Shown here: positions 27,967 to 35,927 of the stretch, piece after piece
Layout of the letters: each line of letters opens with the position of its first letter
Position numbering within the stretch: position 1 is the first letter of the stretch
Origin: a virus
Virus record (IMG/VR): IMGVR_UViG_3300032053_000042
Span: 12,124 to 76,123 of that record
DNA: 64,000 bases
Direction: 5' to 3' (one strand)
The notes under the pieces: model-generated
What the model was told of the DNA's origin: nothing
The model's database searches: none
Seen by the model: only the letters and a program-made list of their open reading frames with translations
Translations under genes and position numbers: made by a program

Positions 27967-28575
27967 CTGTTACTAATTGCCATCGAGCGATAGATTCGTG
28001 AGCTGGTTCCAGCGAGAAATTATCTTGACAATTGAAAAGATGTTAATCGATATTGAAAGATTGAAACTCTAGTAGCTGTAGAGGTTGTTGGTGACAATTG
28101 CCAAGCAACCTGTGGGACTGATAACTCTGATCCTGGTTCCAGCGACGGAAGTTCTTTAGGACTCGGAATCGTGCTGATTCAAAAAGTGGTTCCAGCGCAG
28201 GGTGTCTGAGTTGACTTGATTTCGATGGTAATCGAACTAGATATCTAGATAGATTGAGACCAGCGATGATCGACTGGTCCCAATGAGTATAATAGTACTA
28301 GCTGATCTTGGCTGGTTGGCAACCTGTGGGACAATAAACTATGGAGCTGGTTCCAGTGATGATAAAGAAGTTGTTGAGATGATTATGAGGGTGGTTCCAG
28401 TGATGAGTGAAATAGTGTTAATAGAGATGTTAGTGATTGTGAGGGTGGTTCCAGAGGGTATTGTGATGTTGCGCGTCGTCGAAAAAACAACAAAAAACAA
28501 TAACTAGCTAAACCCGACCAAACAAAAACCTAAAATAAAATAAAAGAATATAAAAAATGTGAAAAATCTTTGATC

Positions 28576-28760
28576 GGATTACTTCGAGGATACTTTGAGT
28601 AACTGGATTACTTCGAGGATACTTCGAGTAACTGGATTACTTCGAGGATACTTCGAGTAACTGGATTACTTCGAGGATACTTCGAGTAACTGGATTACTT
28701 CGAGGATACTTCGAGTAACTGGATTACTTCGAGGATACTTCAAGTAATTGGGTTACTTGT
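28576..28760. repeat. tandem array of 29-bp units (6 copies plus a partial)
   Basis: GGATTACTTCGAGGATACTTCGAGTAACT at 28576, 28605, 28634, 28663, 28692, 28721; no spacers. Confidence 0.95.
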
Positions 28761-28771
28761 AAAACTCCCTA

Positions 28772-28800
28772 TTGACAATTTTTTTGATTGGGTATATAAT
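28772..28800 (+). promoter_or_regulatory. perfect consensus sigma70 promoter
   Basis: TTGACA-17 bp-TATAAT. Confidence 0.85.
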
Positions 28801-28923
28801 GATCGTGTCGGCCAGGATAGCAAAAAAAGATTGGGGTGAAAAAAATATAATAGACCGTAAAGCAATTAAAAAAGCGTATATGGCGCACAAAAACCGTGTC
28901 TAAACAGTAAAAGAAGGGATAAA

Positions 28924-29352
28924 ATGTCAGCAAACATCAAGAAGGCGTTGGAAAATGCTAAATCAACGCAATCTAGCACAGCAAAAACGCCTGCGGTTGA
29001 CGTAACAAGGTTTGTTACCATCAAACAAGCATCGGTATTACTTGACAGAAGTATATATCGGACAAGGCAATTATATTGGGACGGACATTTCCCATCATCA
29101 GTAAAGCCAGAAAAAGAAGTCTATTTATTAAAAATAGAAGTCTTGGCCTGGAAAAAGATAATGGACGGTCGAGCGGTCAAAAACGACACGCTCGATGATA
29201 GCAGGATGGGCAAGCGAGTAGTATTTGCTTGCGAAACGGTAAATTTGTTGGTAACACAAGATACATCGCTAGGCAAGGAACTCCAAAACATAATAGCGAG
29301 TATTTTGGTAGGATATATAAAAGAAGGTCAAAGTATGATAAAAGAAAAGTAA
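28924..29352 (+). CDS. Xis/MerR-like HTH protein
   Basis: FVTIKQASVLLDRSIYRTRQLYWDG; similar to 23070-23546. Confidence 0.65.
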   Translation: MSANIKKALENAKSTQSSTAKTPAVDVTRFVTIKQASVLLDRSIYRTRQLYWDGHFPSSVKPEKEVYLLKIEVLAWKKIMDGRAVKNDTLDDSRMGKRVVFACETVNLLVTQDTSLGKELQNIIASILVGYIKEGQSMIKEK

Positions 29353-29441
29353 TAACAATAAATAAATAGAGCTAGGTCGGCAGGATTACGCCTAGCTCTC
29401 ATAATATAGAGTCAAAGATAATAGAATATGGGAGAAGGATA

Positions 29442-29654
29442 ATGTACACGTTAAAAGAGGCCTCAGAAGTAACTGGTATCAGTATCTATCGGATTAGAGC
29501 AATGGTATTGTCAGGAACGATAACAGGCGCAGTAAAAGTAGGTAATACCATAATGCTTACGGAAAAGACGGTCAGATACATATACAACGTACAAAAAGCG
29601 GTTCGGATATACAATCAAGTAATATCCGATGGTAAGCAAGGGAGAAACCAATGA
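29442..29654 (+). CDS. HTH_17-like DNA-binding protein
   Basis: MYTLKEASEVTGISIYRIRAMVLSGTITGAVKVG. Confidence 0.7.
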   Translation: MYTLKEASEVTGISIYRIRAMVLSGTITGAVKVGNTIMLTEKTVRYIYNVQKAVRIYNQVISDGKQGRNQ

Positions 29655-29962
29655 ATATCGCAACATATACCCAAACCTATAGAAATAATAGGAATGGATG
29701 GGTAGGAACGGAATTAGACCGTATAGAGCTTTGGAGTAACTTGATGCAATATGTAGAAAAAGCAGCCAAACGTGGAGTATGCTATACGGTAGGTATGCAA
29801 TGGCACGTACACACGGGAGAAGGTACATATAGACCTATAACCTATAATTATGTAGAATTGTTGGCAATGTGGGGTGAAGGTGTAGTAAACCGTATTATAC
29901 TACGCTGTTACATATATATTATAGGTGATATAGTAGTAAAATGGAGTAGAATATATAGATAA
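29651..29962 (+). CDS. early paralogue family member 3
   Basis: RNGW...LMQYVEKAAKRG...WH...NYVELL. Confidence 0.6.
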   Translation: MNIATYTQTYRNNRNGWVGTELDRIELWSNLMQYVEKAAKRGVCYTVGMQWHVHTGEGTYRPITYNYVELLAMWGEGVVNRIILRCYIYIIGDIVVKWSRIYR

Positions 29963-30062
29963 TATAGAATAGATAGATAAACAGAGCGTAGTATAATCAG
30001 CGATACTACGCTCTCATAGAATAGGTTGATGTAGTAATCAGTAGTAATAAACAAGGAGAAAA

Positions 30063-30407
30063 GTGAAAGTTGTAAAAGAGAACTCAAAGCGTCATAACGG
30101 ATGGGATGCGGATGTAGAATATGGGAAAGAACTTGTATGTAAACTCATATTATACATAGATAGAGCAAAAAACAGGGGTTATACCTACTCTATTATAAGC
30201 AAATGGCATACACACGTGAAACGTCAAGTACGTGGAATAGAGTATAGAGGAATTTGGCATTATACTACTAGTGTTGACAAAGAGGTAATTATCTATAACA
30301 GAGTAGAATTAGTTGACAGGTGTACAAAAAAACACGTTAAACTGTTTTTCTATACAGGCGGTAGCAATAATACAGGTAATATGACAGGCAGATGGAAAAG
30401 ACAATAA
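30063..30407 (+). CDS. early paralogue family member 4
   Basis: RHNGW...LILYIDRAKNRG...WH...NRVELVD...FYTGG. Confidence 0.65.
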   Translation: MKVVKENSKRHNGWDADVEYGKELVCKLILYIDRAKNRGYTYSIISKWHTHVKRQVRGIEYRGIWHYTTSVDKEVIIYNRVELVDRCTKKHVKLFFYTGGSNNTGNMTGRWKRQ

Positions 30408-31001
30408 AATAATAATAAATAGGTAAACAAATAGAGCGTAGTATAATCAGCGATACTACGCTCTCATATTATCTAACAATAATAGAATAAGATACAAAAC
30501 CGCAGTTAAAATGACGGCCGTCGTCTATAAAAAGATAATTAAATATAATTAAATATAATTAAAATATAAATAAGAAAAAAGAAAGCAGAAAAAGTGTTGG
30601 GTTGGGGAAAAACAAACATCAAAGATAGTGGGAGTATGCACATTATCTTTTCAATGCTACCAATCACATCAGACTACCGAACTTTTACACAACTTTACCA
30701 TACTATCCATCTACATGCAACCCTCACCCTGGAATACGGCCCACCATATCTACGTTACCTAATTTTCCAGCAATGTTTAGGTCGTGTACGACGCTAGTAC
30801 CATTCTAGGAGTGGGCCCATACGAGTTTGAAATTGTCTGAAATTGCTGAGAAAACAGGATAGAAGAAACGTGCGTCCCCCCGGAATTTGGCTTTTCTTTT
30901 GTGTTGGTTTGATGTACGGTATCAGTGTAAATATACTAAAACGTGCCGAGATTTAGGAGGTCGTCTGTGCCTACTCGTATCCATCGAACCAAGCTTGCCT
31001 A

Positions 31002-31952
31002 ATGCTAGACATCGCCACACTTAGGCAGCGTCAGAGCTTACCTTTGGAAGCAAAGGTCATGATGTCTCTACACAAGATCAGGGAATGGTACGACCGCTGG
31101 CGTGGTCAAGTGTACGTTGCGTACAGCGGCGGTAAGGACAGCACAGTACTACTTCACCTAGTACGACAGTTTTACCCAGAAGTTCCTGCAGTGTTCAACA
31201 ATACGGGCCTAGAGTACCCAGAAATCTTGGAACAGGTACGTGGCACAGAAAGCGTTGTATGGCTAAGGCCGAAGTACTCATTTAAGGAGTGTTGCACCCG
31301 ATGGGGTTTTCCAGCAGTAAGCAAAGAGGTATCTGACAAGGTACAACGTATCAGGAACACGAAGGACGAGCAGCTAAGGCAGCTATGGATGTACGGCAGG
31401 AATGACCAGGGAAGAACGACGATATTACGATTAAGCGATAAATGGCATTTTCTATTGCAGGCCCCGTTTAAGATAAGTCCTAATTGCTGTATACATCTAA
31501 AGAAGAATCCAGCTAAGCATTATGAGGGAGAAACCGGCTTGTGGCCGATGTTAGGTACACTAGCAGAGGAAAGCCTAGGACGCACAACGGAATACCTCCG
31601 CTTTGGTTGTAATAATTATACTAATAGCCGACCTAAAAGCACTCCGTTAGGCTTCTGGACAGAGCAGGATATACTACAATATATTACACGGGAAGGGCTA
31701 AAGATTGCAGCAGTTTATGGCGACATAGTAGAGACCGATGGCCGTCTTCGTTGCATAGGCGAAGACAGAACTGGATGTATAGCGTGTCCCTTTGGTTGCC
31801 ACGCTGGAGTACAAAACAGTTTTCAACGAATGGCCATAACTAAGCCGAAGTTACTTAACTGGATACTCGATGACCTAAGTATGCGACAAGTTCTTGACTT
31901 TACTGGAATTCCCTACACGGCACAGGATGTAGGATCTGAAGCTACATACTAG
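31002..31952 (+). CDS. PAPS-reductase-family (PP-loop, Fe-S) protein
   Basis: YSGGKDS PP-loop, NTGLEYPE, CCIHLKK, PLGFWTEQD, RTGCIACPF. Confidence 0.88.
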   Translation: MLDIATLRQRQSLPLEAKVMMSLHKIREWYDRWRGQVYVAYSGGKDSTVLLHLVRQFYPEVPAVFNNTGLEYPEILEQVRGTESVVWLRPKYSFKECCTRWGFPAVSKEVSDKVQRIRNTKDEQLRQLWMYGRNDQGRTTILRLSDKWHFLLQAPFKISPNCCIHLKKNPAKHYEGETGLWPMLGTLAEESLGRTTEYLRFGCNNYTNSRPKSTPLGFWTEQDILQYITREGLKIAAVYGDIVETDGRLRCIGEDRTGCIACPFGCHAGVQNSFQRMAITKPKLLNWILDDLSMRQVLDFTGIPYTAQDVGSEATY

Positions 31953-31967
31953 AGGTAACGTGTTATT

Positions 31968-32462
31968 ATGTCATTCATCAACACCCGCACACAGTGGATC
32001 GTATTAGACGAGACGCAGTTCCAGCAGCTGCTGGGAGGGAGCGTTATAATGCCTGCATTTAATACGCGACAGCAACAAGTAGTTCTAGATAGTATCCAAT
32101 TCACGCAGCTACAGGCGGTTCTAGCGTCCACGGCGGCCGCAGTTATAGCTGCGGCTGCACCCAAGCTACTAAGCGTCGAGACCGGAATCATAGCCAGTCC
32201 TATACAGTCGCAGGCAGGGGCAACGCAGTTAAATGATTATTCTACAGTACATGAAATATCGGTGTGTGCAACTGTTGGTGATGCCGTTAGACTCCCTCCT
32301 GCAGTTGCCGGTAAAATGGTCATTATCTGCAACAAAGGCGTAGAACAAGCGCAGGTTTGGCCTGCGATCGGAGACCAGCTTGACCCTAACAGTCCAAACG
32401 TGGCATCTAATTTTGTGCAATTTATTGCCGTAGACGATACACAGTGGTATTCGAGCAAATAA
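31968..32462 (+). CDS. hypothetical protein, possibly virion-associated
   Basis: internal repeat NTRxQxxVLDxxQFxQL; C-terminal AVRLPPAVAGKMVIICN module like that in 63679-63999. Confidence 0.55.
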   Translation: MSFINTRTQWIVLDETQFQQLLGGSVIMPAFNTRQQQVVLDSIQFTQLQAVLASTAAAVIAAAAPKLLSVETGIIASPIQSQAGATQLNDYSTVHEISVCATVGDAVRLPPAVAGKMVIICNKGVEQAQVWPAIGDQLDPNSPNVASNFVQFIAVDDTQWYSSK

Positions 32463-32550
32463 TTTGCCGTTAGTAATACGCTATGGAATTATATATACGA
32501 TACGGTTACATTAGTCGTATCAGAATAATAGTGTTTAGATAGGTGATAAG

Positions 32551-33072
32551 ATGGAATGGTCCCTAATGCAACGCAAGTACCAACTCTGGCTAGCGGTTCC
32601 TAGCAAGAACCGCCCACGCAACCTTCGAAACCGCGAAGAGGTCGCCAAGGCTCTCGGCGTCGACGTCGACACCTTGCTGGTTTGGGAGGCTAGCGCTGGC
32701 TTCTGGGACGACACGTTCTCAATCGCTCGTGCCCTTATCGGCCACCGTCTAGCCGACATTCTCGAAGCTAACGCACGCGAAGCAGTACGTGGCAGTGTTA
32801 CTGCCATGAAGCTCGCTTATCAGGTGTTGGGCGTAGCAAGTGAGAAGATTGAGCACAAACTGTCTATGGAAGACGATCAGCTAGTGATTGTCATGCGTAA
32901 CGCACCAGATAGTGCCCTCACCAAGCCACCTGCCCAGGCTTCTGGCACTGCACCTGTGCAGCCGAACACCGACGCTGCGGTAGCCGCAGCGATCGCGTCC
33001 GGCCTGATCACAGGTCTAGTCGGCTCTACTATACCCAAGTCCACATCAGAGTCGGACGTGGAGACAGAATAG
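32551..33072 (+). CDS. terS: terminase small subunit (HTH type)
   Basis: EEVAKALGVDVDTLLVW HTH; A..GSVTAMKL; upstream of TerL. Confidence 0.7.
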   Translation: MEWSLMQRKYQLWLAVPSKNRPRNLRNREEVAKALGVDVDTLLVWEASAGFWDDTFSIARALIGHRLADILEANAREAVRGSVTAMKLAYQVLGVASEKIEHKLSMEDDQLVIVMRNAPDSALTKPPAQASGTAPVQPNTDAAVAAAIASGLITGLVGSTIPKSTSESDVETE

Positions 33073-33073
33073 A

Positions 33074-34023
33074 TGACAAGCTGGGGCGATCCAGGTAGCT
33101 TGCCTTATACGGCCTACACGAAGGCCCCTATGATCGCCTCTGGGCCCAAGCTGGCCCATAACGCGCCCCGCTTCCTAATCACGCCAACCTATGAAGGCTC
33201 AGGCCAGGCTGCACACCCCGATGTCCTATATGACTCTCAAGAGCAGTGGTACTGGATGGCTATGACGCCCCTACCGCAGGAACAACCGACATTCGAGAAC
33301 CCTTCGATACTGGTAAGCACTGACGGCAACAATTGGTTGCCACCTGTGGGTCTTGAAAACCCGATCGACGAGCCCACAGCAGCGACCTGGACCGGTGCAC
33401 CTGTGGGGCACAACTCTGATCCAGACCTGGTCCTGATTCCCAGCCCACGAGAGTTCGTCTGCTTCTGGAGATGGACCGACCAAGTCGAGCGCGAGATAAT
33501 CTACTACTCCTGCTCCTCTGACGGTATCAAGTGGTCCCATAAGGTACCTCTCTTCCGCTCTCAACGCCTCAAGCGATCGATGCTATCACCTTCTGTCGTA
33601 TATAGATTTGGCCGCTGGGAGATGTGGTATGTAAGTGCGGTCACTAGTTGCCACCAATTATATCATCGATACTCCCACAACCTTGCTAGAGGATGGTCTG
33701 ATGCACAGGCGTGTACGCTACCAAGGCCAGACTGGCTTGAGCCTTGGCACGCAGACGTAATCTACGACTCGAAGGACGAGGTATACGTAGCACTACTTCA
33801 GAATCGGCGAGGCTTGTTCCTCGCTAAGAGCCGTAATGGCACCCTGTGGAACCTACCAAGCTCAGTCCCTGTGCTAGAGCCTTCTGAGCGTGGGTGGGAT
33901 GCCTCCCTGATTTATCGGTCTACACTGCTCAGGCGTCGGGATGATTATGATTGTTGGTACTCGGCTCGCGGCCTTGACGGCTCTTTTCATATTGGCAGGA
34001 CCTCAATTCCGCTGATAGCGTAG
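33074..34023 (+). CDS. five-bladed beta-propeller glycoside-hydrolase-like protein
   Basis: HPDV...YWMAMTP...ENPSILVSTDG..W, HNSDPDL, SSDGIKW, SPSVV, WDASLIYRS, WYSA. Confidence 0.65.
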
Positions 34024-34029
34024 ACGCGT

Positions 34030-35592
34030 ATGCCTAAAGTATTCATAGCGAATCCTACACAAGAGCCTTTTCTCCTAAGCGATGCACGCTTTTTGGGCTT
34101 CTTCGGTGGAATTGGCAGTGGTAAGACCGCAGCAGGGGCGATAAAAGCAATACAAAAGTTACGAGACGGCGACGGAATTATCGTAGGTCCGGACTACCCT
34201 CACTTTTGTAAATCGACCTGGGTGGAGGTTGCGAAATGGCTTCCATGGTCCCGGGTAACGAACAGAAATCTTCAGCATCCGCACACCAGTGAGAAGGTAC
34301 TGAAGATTCAGACGGCACAGGGTGAGCGTAGGATCTATTACGGAGGGATGGACGACGCCGCGGCCTGGGCTGGTCCTAGCGTCAATTTTGTTTGGGCCGA
34401 TGAGTTTCGACGCAAGCCCACTCGCCAACATTTCGATGTGCTCGCTGGACGTATTCGCGTCGGGCATAACCCACAGTTATGGTTAACAACTACACCGAAA
34501 GCCACGTTACGTGGGCAACAGCACTGGCTGCACGAGGTTTTTGTCCAGAAGAAGTTCGATCCGGAAGTTCTAAAGGCTTTTGCAGGTGCCAATCAGAAGT
34601 TAGTTGAATACTTTACGGCTCCTACTAGCGAGAATGCTGAACACCTAGACTCATTGTACTTGGCGAGCCTGAAAGGTCTATACTCAGGGAAGTACGCAGA
34701 CCAGGAGCTCGGGGGCGAATTTATTGACTTCGAAGGTCTAGTCTTTGCCAACTTCGACGAGGATAATGGGAACGTCAGCGTAGCTGCAGACTACACACCT
34801 GGAGTGGCTATCGAATGGGCGGTCGATAATGGTTTTACGGAGGGCCATCCTCTAGTAATCCTGTTAGCCCAAACGATTCCACCGTTCGTTAACATATTCG
34901 CAGAGTACGTAGCAGTACGTGAACAACAGGAAGTGTGTATCGCTAAGGCTCTCCAGATGGGTTATCCACTCCCATCTGTAGCAAGAGTGGACTCGTCAGC
35001 ACCAGATTTGATTCAACGCCTGTGGGATCGAGGTATTGAGACCGCACAGGGCTCGCACGACGTAGATGCAGGTATCTCTCATTTGCGATCGTTTATTCGG
35101 GATGGTAAGGACCAGGTCCATATTCGCTTTCATCCGCGTTGCACGTTCTCGATTGCAGAGATCCAAGCGTATTCGTACCCGGATGCCGTGGAATCAGGAA
35201 TTTCGATATCGTCGGACAAGGCTGCGAGGCCGATGAAGGAATCGGACAATGCAGCAGATGCACTTCGTTACTTGGTTTGGCCTAAGCAACTGGCGACGTT
35301 AGAGGCTTCGGCCGCCAGAGGCGATGTAATTCGTATACAAACTGGGAGGCCTAGTACACAGGGCCAGCAGCAACAAGTCCCGGCGCGTGGGTCTGTACCC
35401 TCGTTAACGCCGGTGACGTTGCAGGAGCAGGGCAGACCTGCGGCCACAGGGACGCAACCTGATCCTACTCCTACAGAACCACTGCGAGCACCTGTGGAAC
35501 GACGTACCGGCTGGTCAATTTTCGGCGGACCACGGAAGCCGAAGCCTCAGCGGATCAAACGCGACGCAAGTCGTCTTCCGCCCGGATGGTAA
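34030..35592 (+). CDS. terL: terminase large subunit
   Basis: GGIGSGKT Walker A, VWADE Walker B, LTTTP, AVDNG, DNAADALRY. Confidence 0.93.
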   Translation: MPKVFIANPTQEPFLLSDARFLGFFGGIGSGKTAAGAIKAIQKLRDGDGIIVGPDYPHFCKSTWVEVAKWLPWSRVTNRNLQHPHTSEKVLKIQTAQGERRIYYGGMDDAAAWAGPSVNFVWADEFRRKPTRQHFDVLAGRIRVGHNPQLWLTTTPKATLRGQQHWLHEVFVQKKFDPEVLKAFAGANQKLVEYFTAPTSENAEHLDSLYLASLKGLYSGKYADQELGGEFIDFEGLVFANFDEDNGNVSVAADYTPGVAIEWAVDNGFTEGHPLVILLAQTIPPFVNIFAEYVAVREQQEVCIAKALQMGYPLPSVARVDSSAPDLIQRLWDRGIETAQGSHDVDAGISHLRSFIRDGKDQVHIRFHPRCTFSIAEIQAYSYPDAVESGISISSDKAARPMKESDNAADALRYLVWPKQLATLEASAARGDVIRIQTGRPSTQGQQQQVPARGSVPSLTPVTLQEQGRPAATGTQPDPTPTEPLRAPVERRTGWSIFGGPRKPKPQRIKRDASRLPPGW

Positions 35593-35613
35593 AGGGAGAT
35601 AGAAGGAGGGAAC

Positions 35614-35913
35614 ATGAGTCTCGAAATTCTTGTCGACATATTGGCTATAATCGTGATTGCTATGAAGGTTGTGGACGCTCTCTTCAAGCCGTTGTTCCTC
35701 AAGTTGAAGATCGACTTCTGGTGGCTACTCTACGTGGGTATAGCGGTAGGCGCCTTGATCGGATGGGGTTCTGGGCTAAACGCTTTTCCTGCGATAAAGG
35801 CGTACCCTTGGGTAGGCCAATTATTGACAATCTGTCTTTGTGGTGTGGGCCCATCGGTTCTTTACGATCGCCTGGATAGAGGCGACATCGCTCGGCTACC
35901 ACGTAACCCATAA
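35614..35913 (+). CDS. holin-like membrane protein
   Basis: 99 aa, three hydrophobic segments, charged C-terminus. Confidence 0.55.
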   Translation: MSLEILVDILAIIVIAMKVVDALFKPLFLKLKIDFWWLLYVGIAVGALIGWGSGLNAFPAIKAYPWVGQLLTICLCGVGPSVLYDRLDRGDIARLPRNP

Positions 35914-35927
35914 ACGGAGACGAGTAA

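Larger units (their letters stand above)
25616..28454 (+). repeat. dispersed polarised motif, core (C/G)TGGTTCCA(G/C), about 12 copies
   Basis: core or one-change variants at 25627, 25671, 25728, 25772, 25953, 27236, 28003, 28133, 28186, 28347, 28391, 28445, all in one orientation. Confidence 0.75.
29368..30468 (+). repeat. three intergenic hairpins AGAGC...GCTCTCATA (two are identical 36-mers)
   Basis: 29368-29403; identical copies at 29983-30018 and 30433-30468 (12-bp stem, 8-nt loop). Confidence 0.85.

Noticed and set aside
28283-28507. 74-aa ORF MSIIVLAD...
   Set aside because: No RBS; it reads through the dispersed GTGGTTCCAG repeats and is probably spurious
28576-28760. 29-bp repeats as a CRISPR array
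   Set aside because: Units are head-to-tail with no unique spacers, and there is no cas operon; the Cas4-like gene belongs to the recombination module
28800-30600. Motif avoidance like that in 27405-27979
   Set aside because: TTC is scarce on the plus strand but GAA is abundant, so this looks like A-rich strand bias rather than double-strand avoidance
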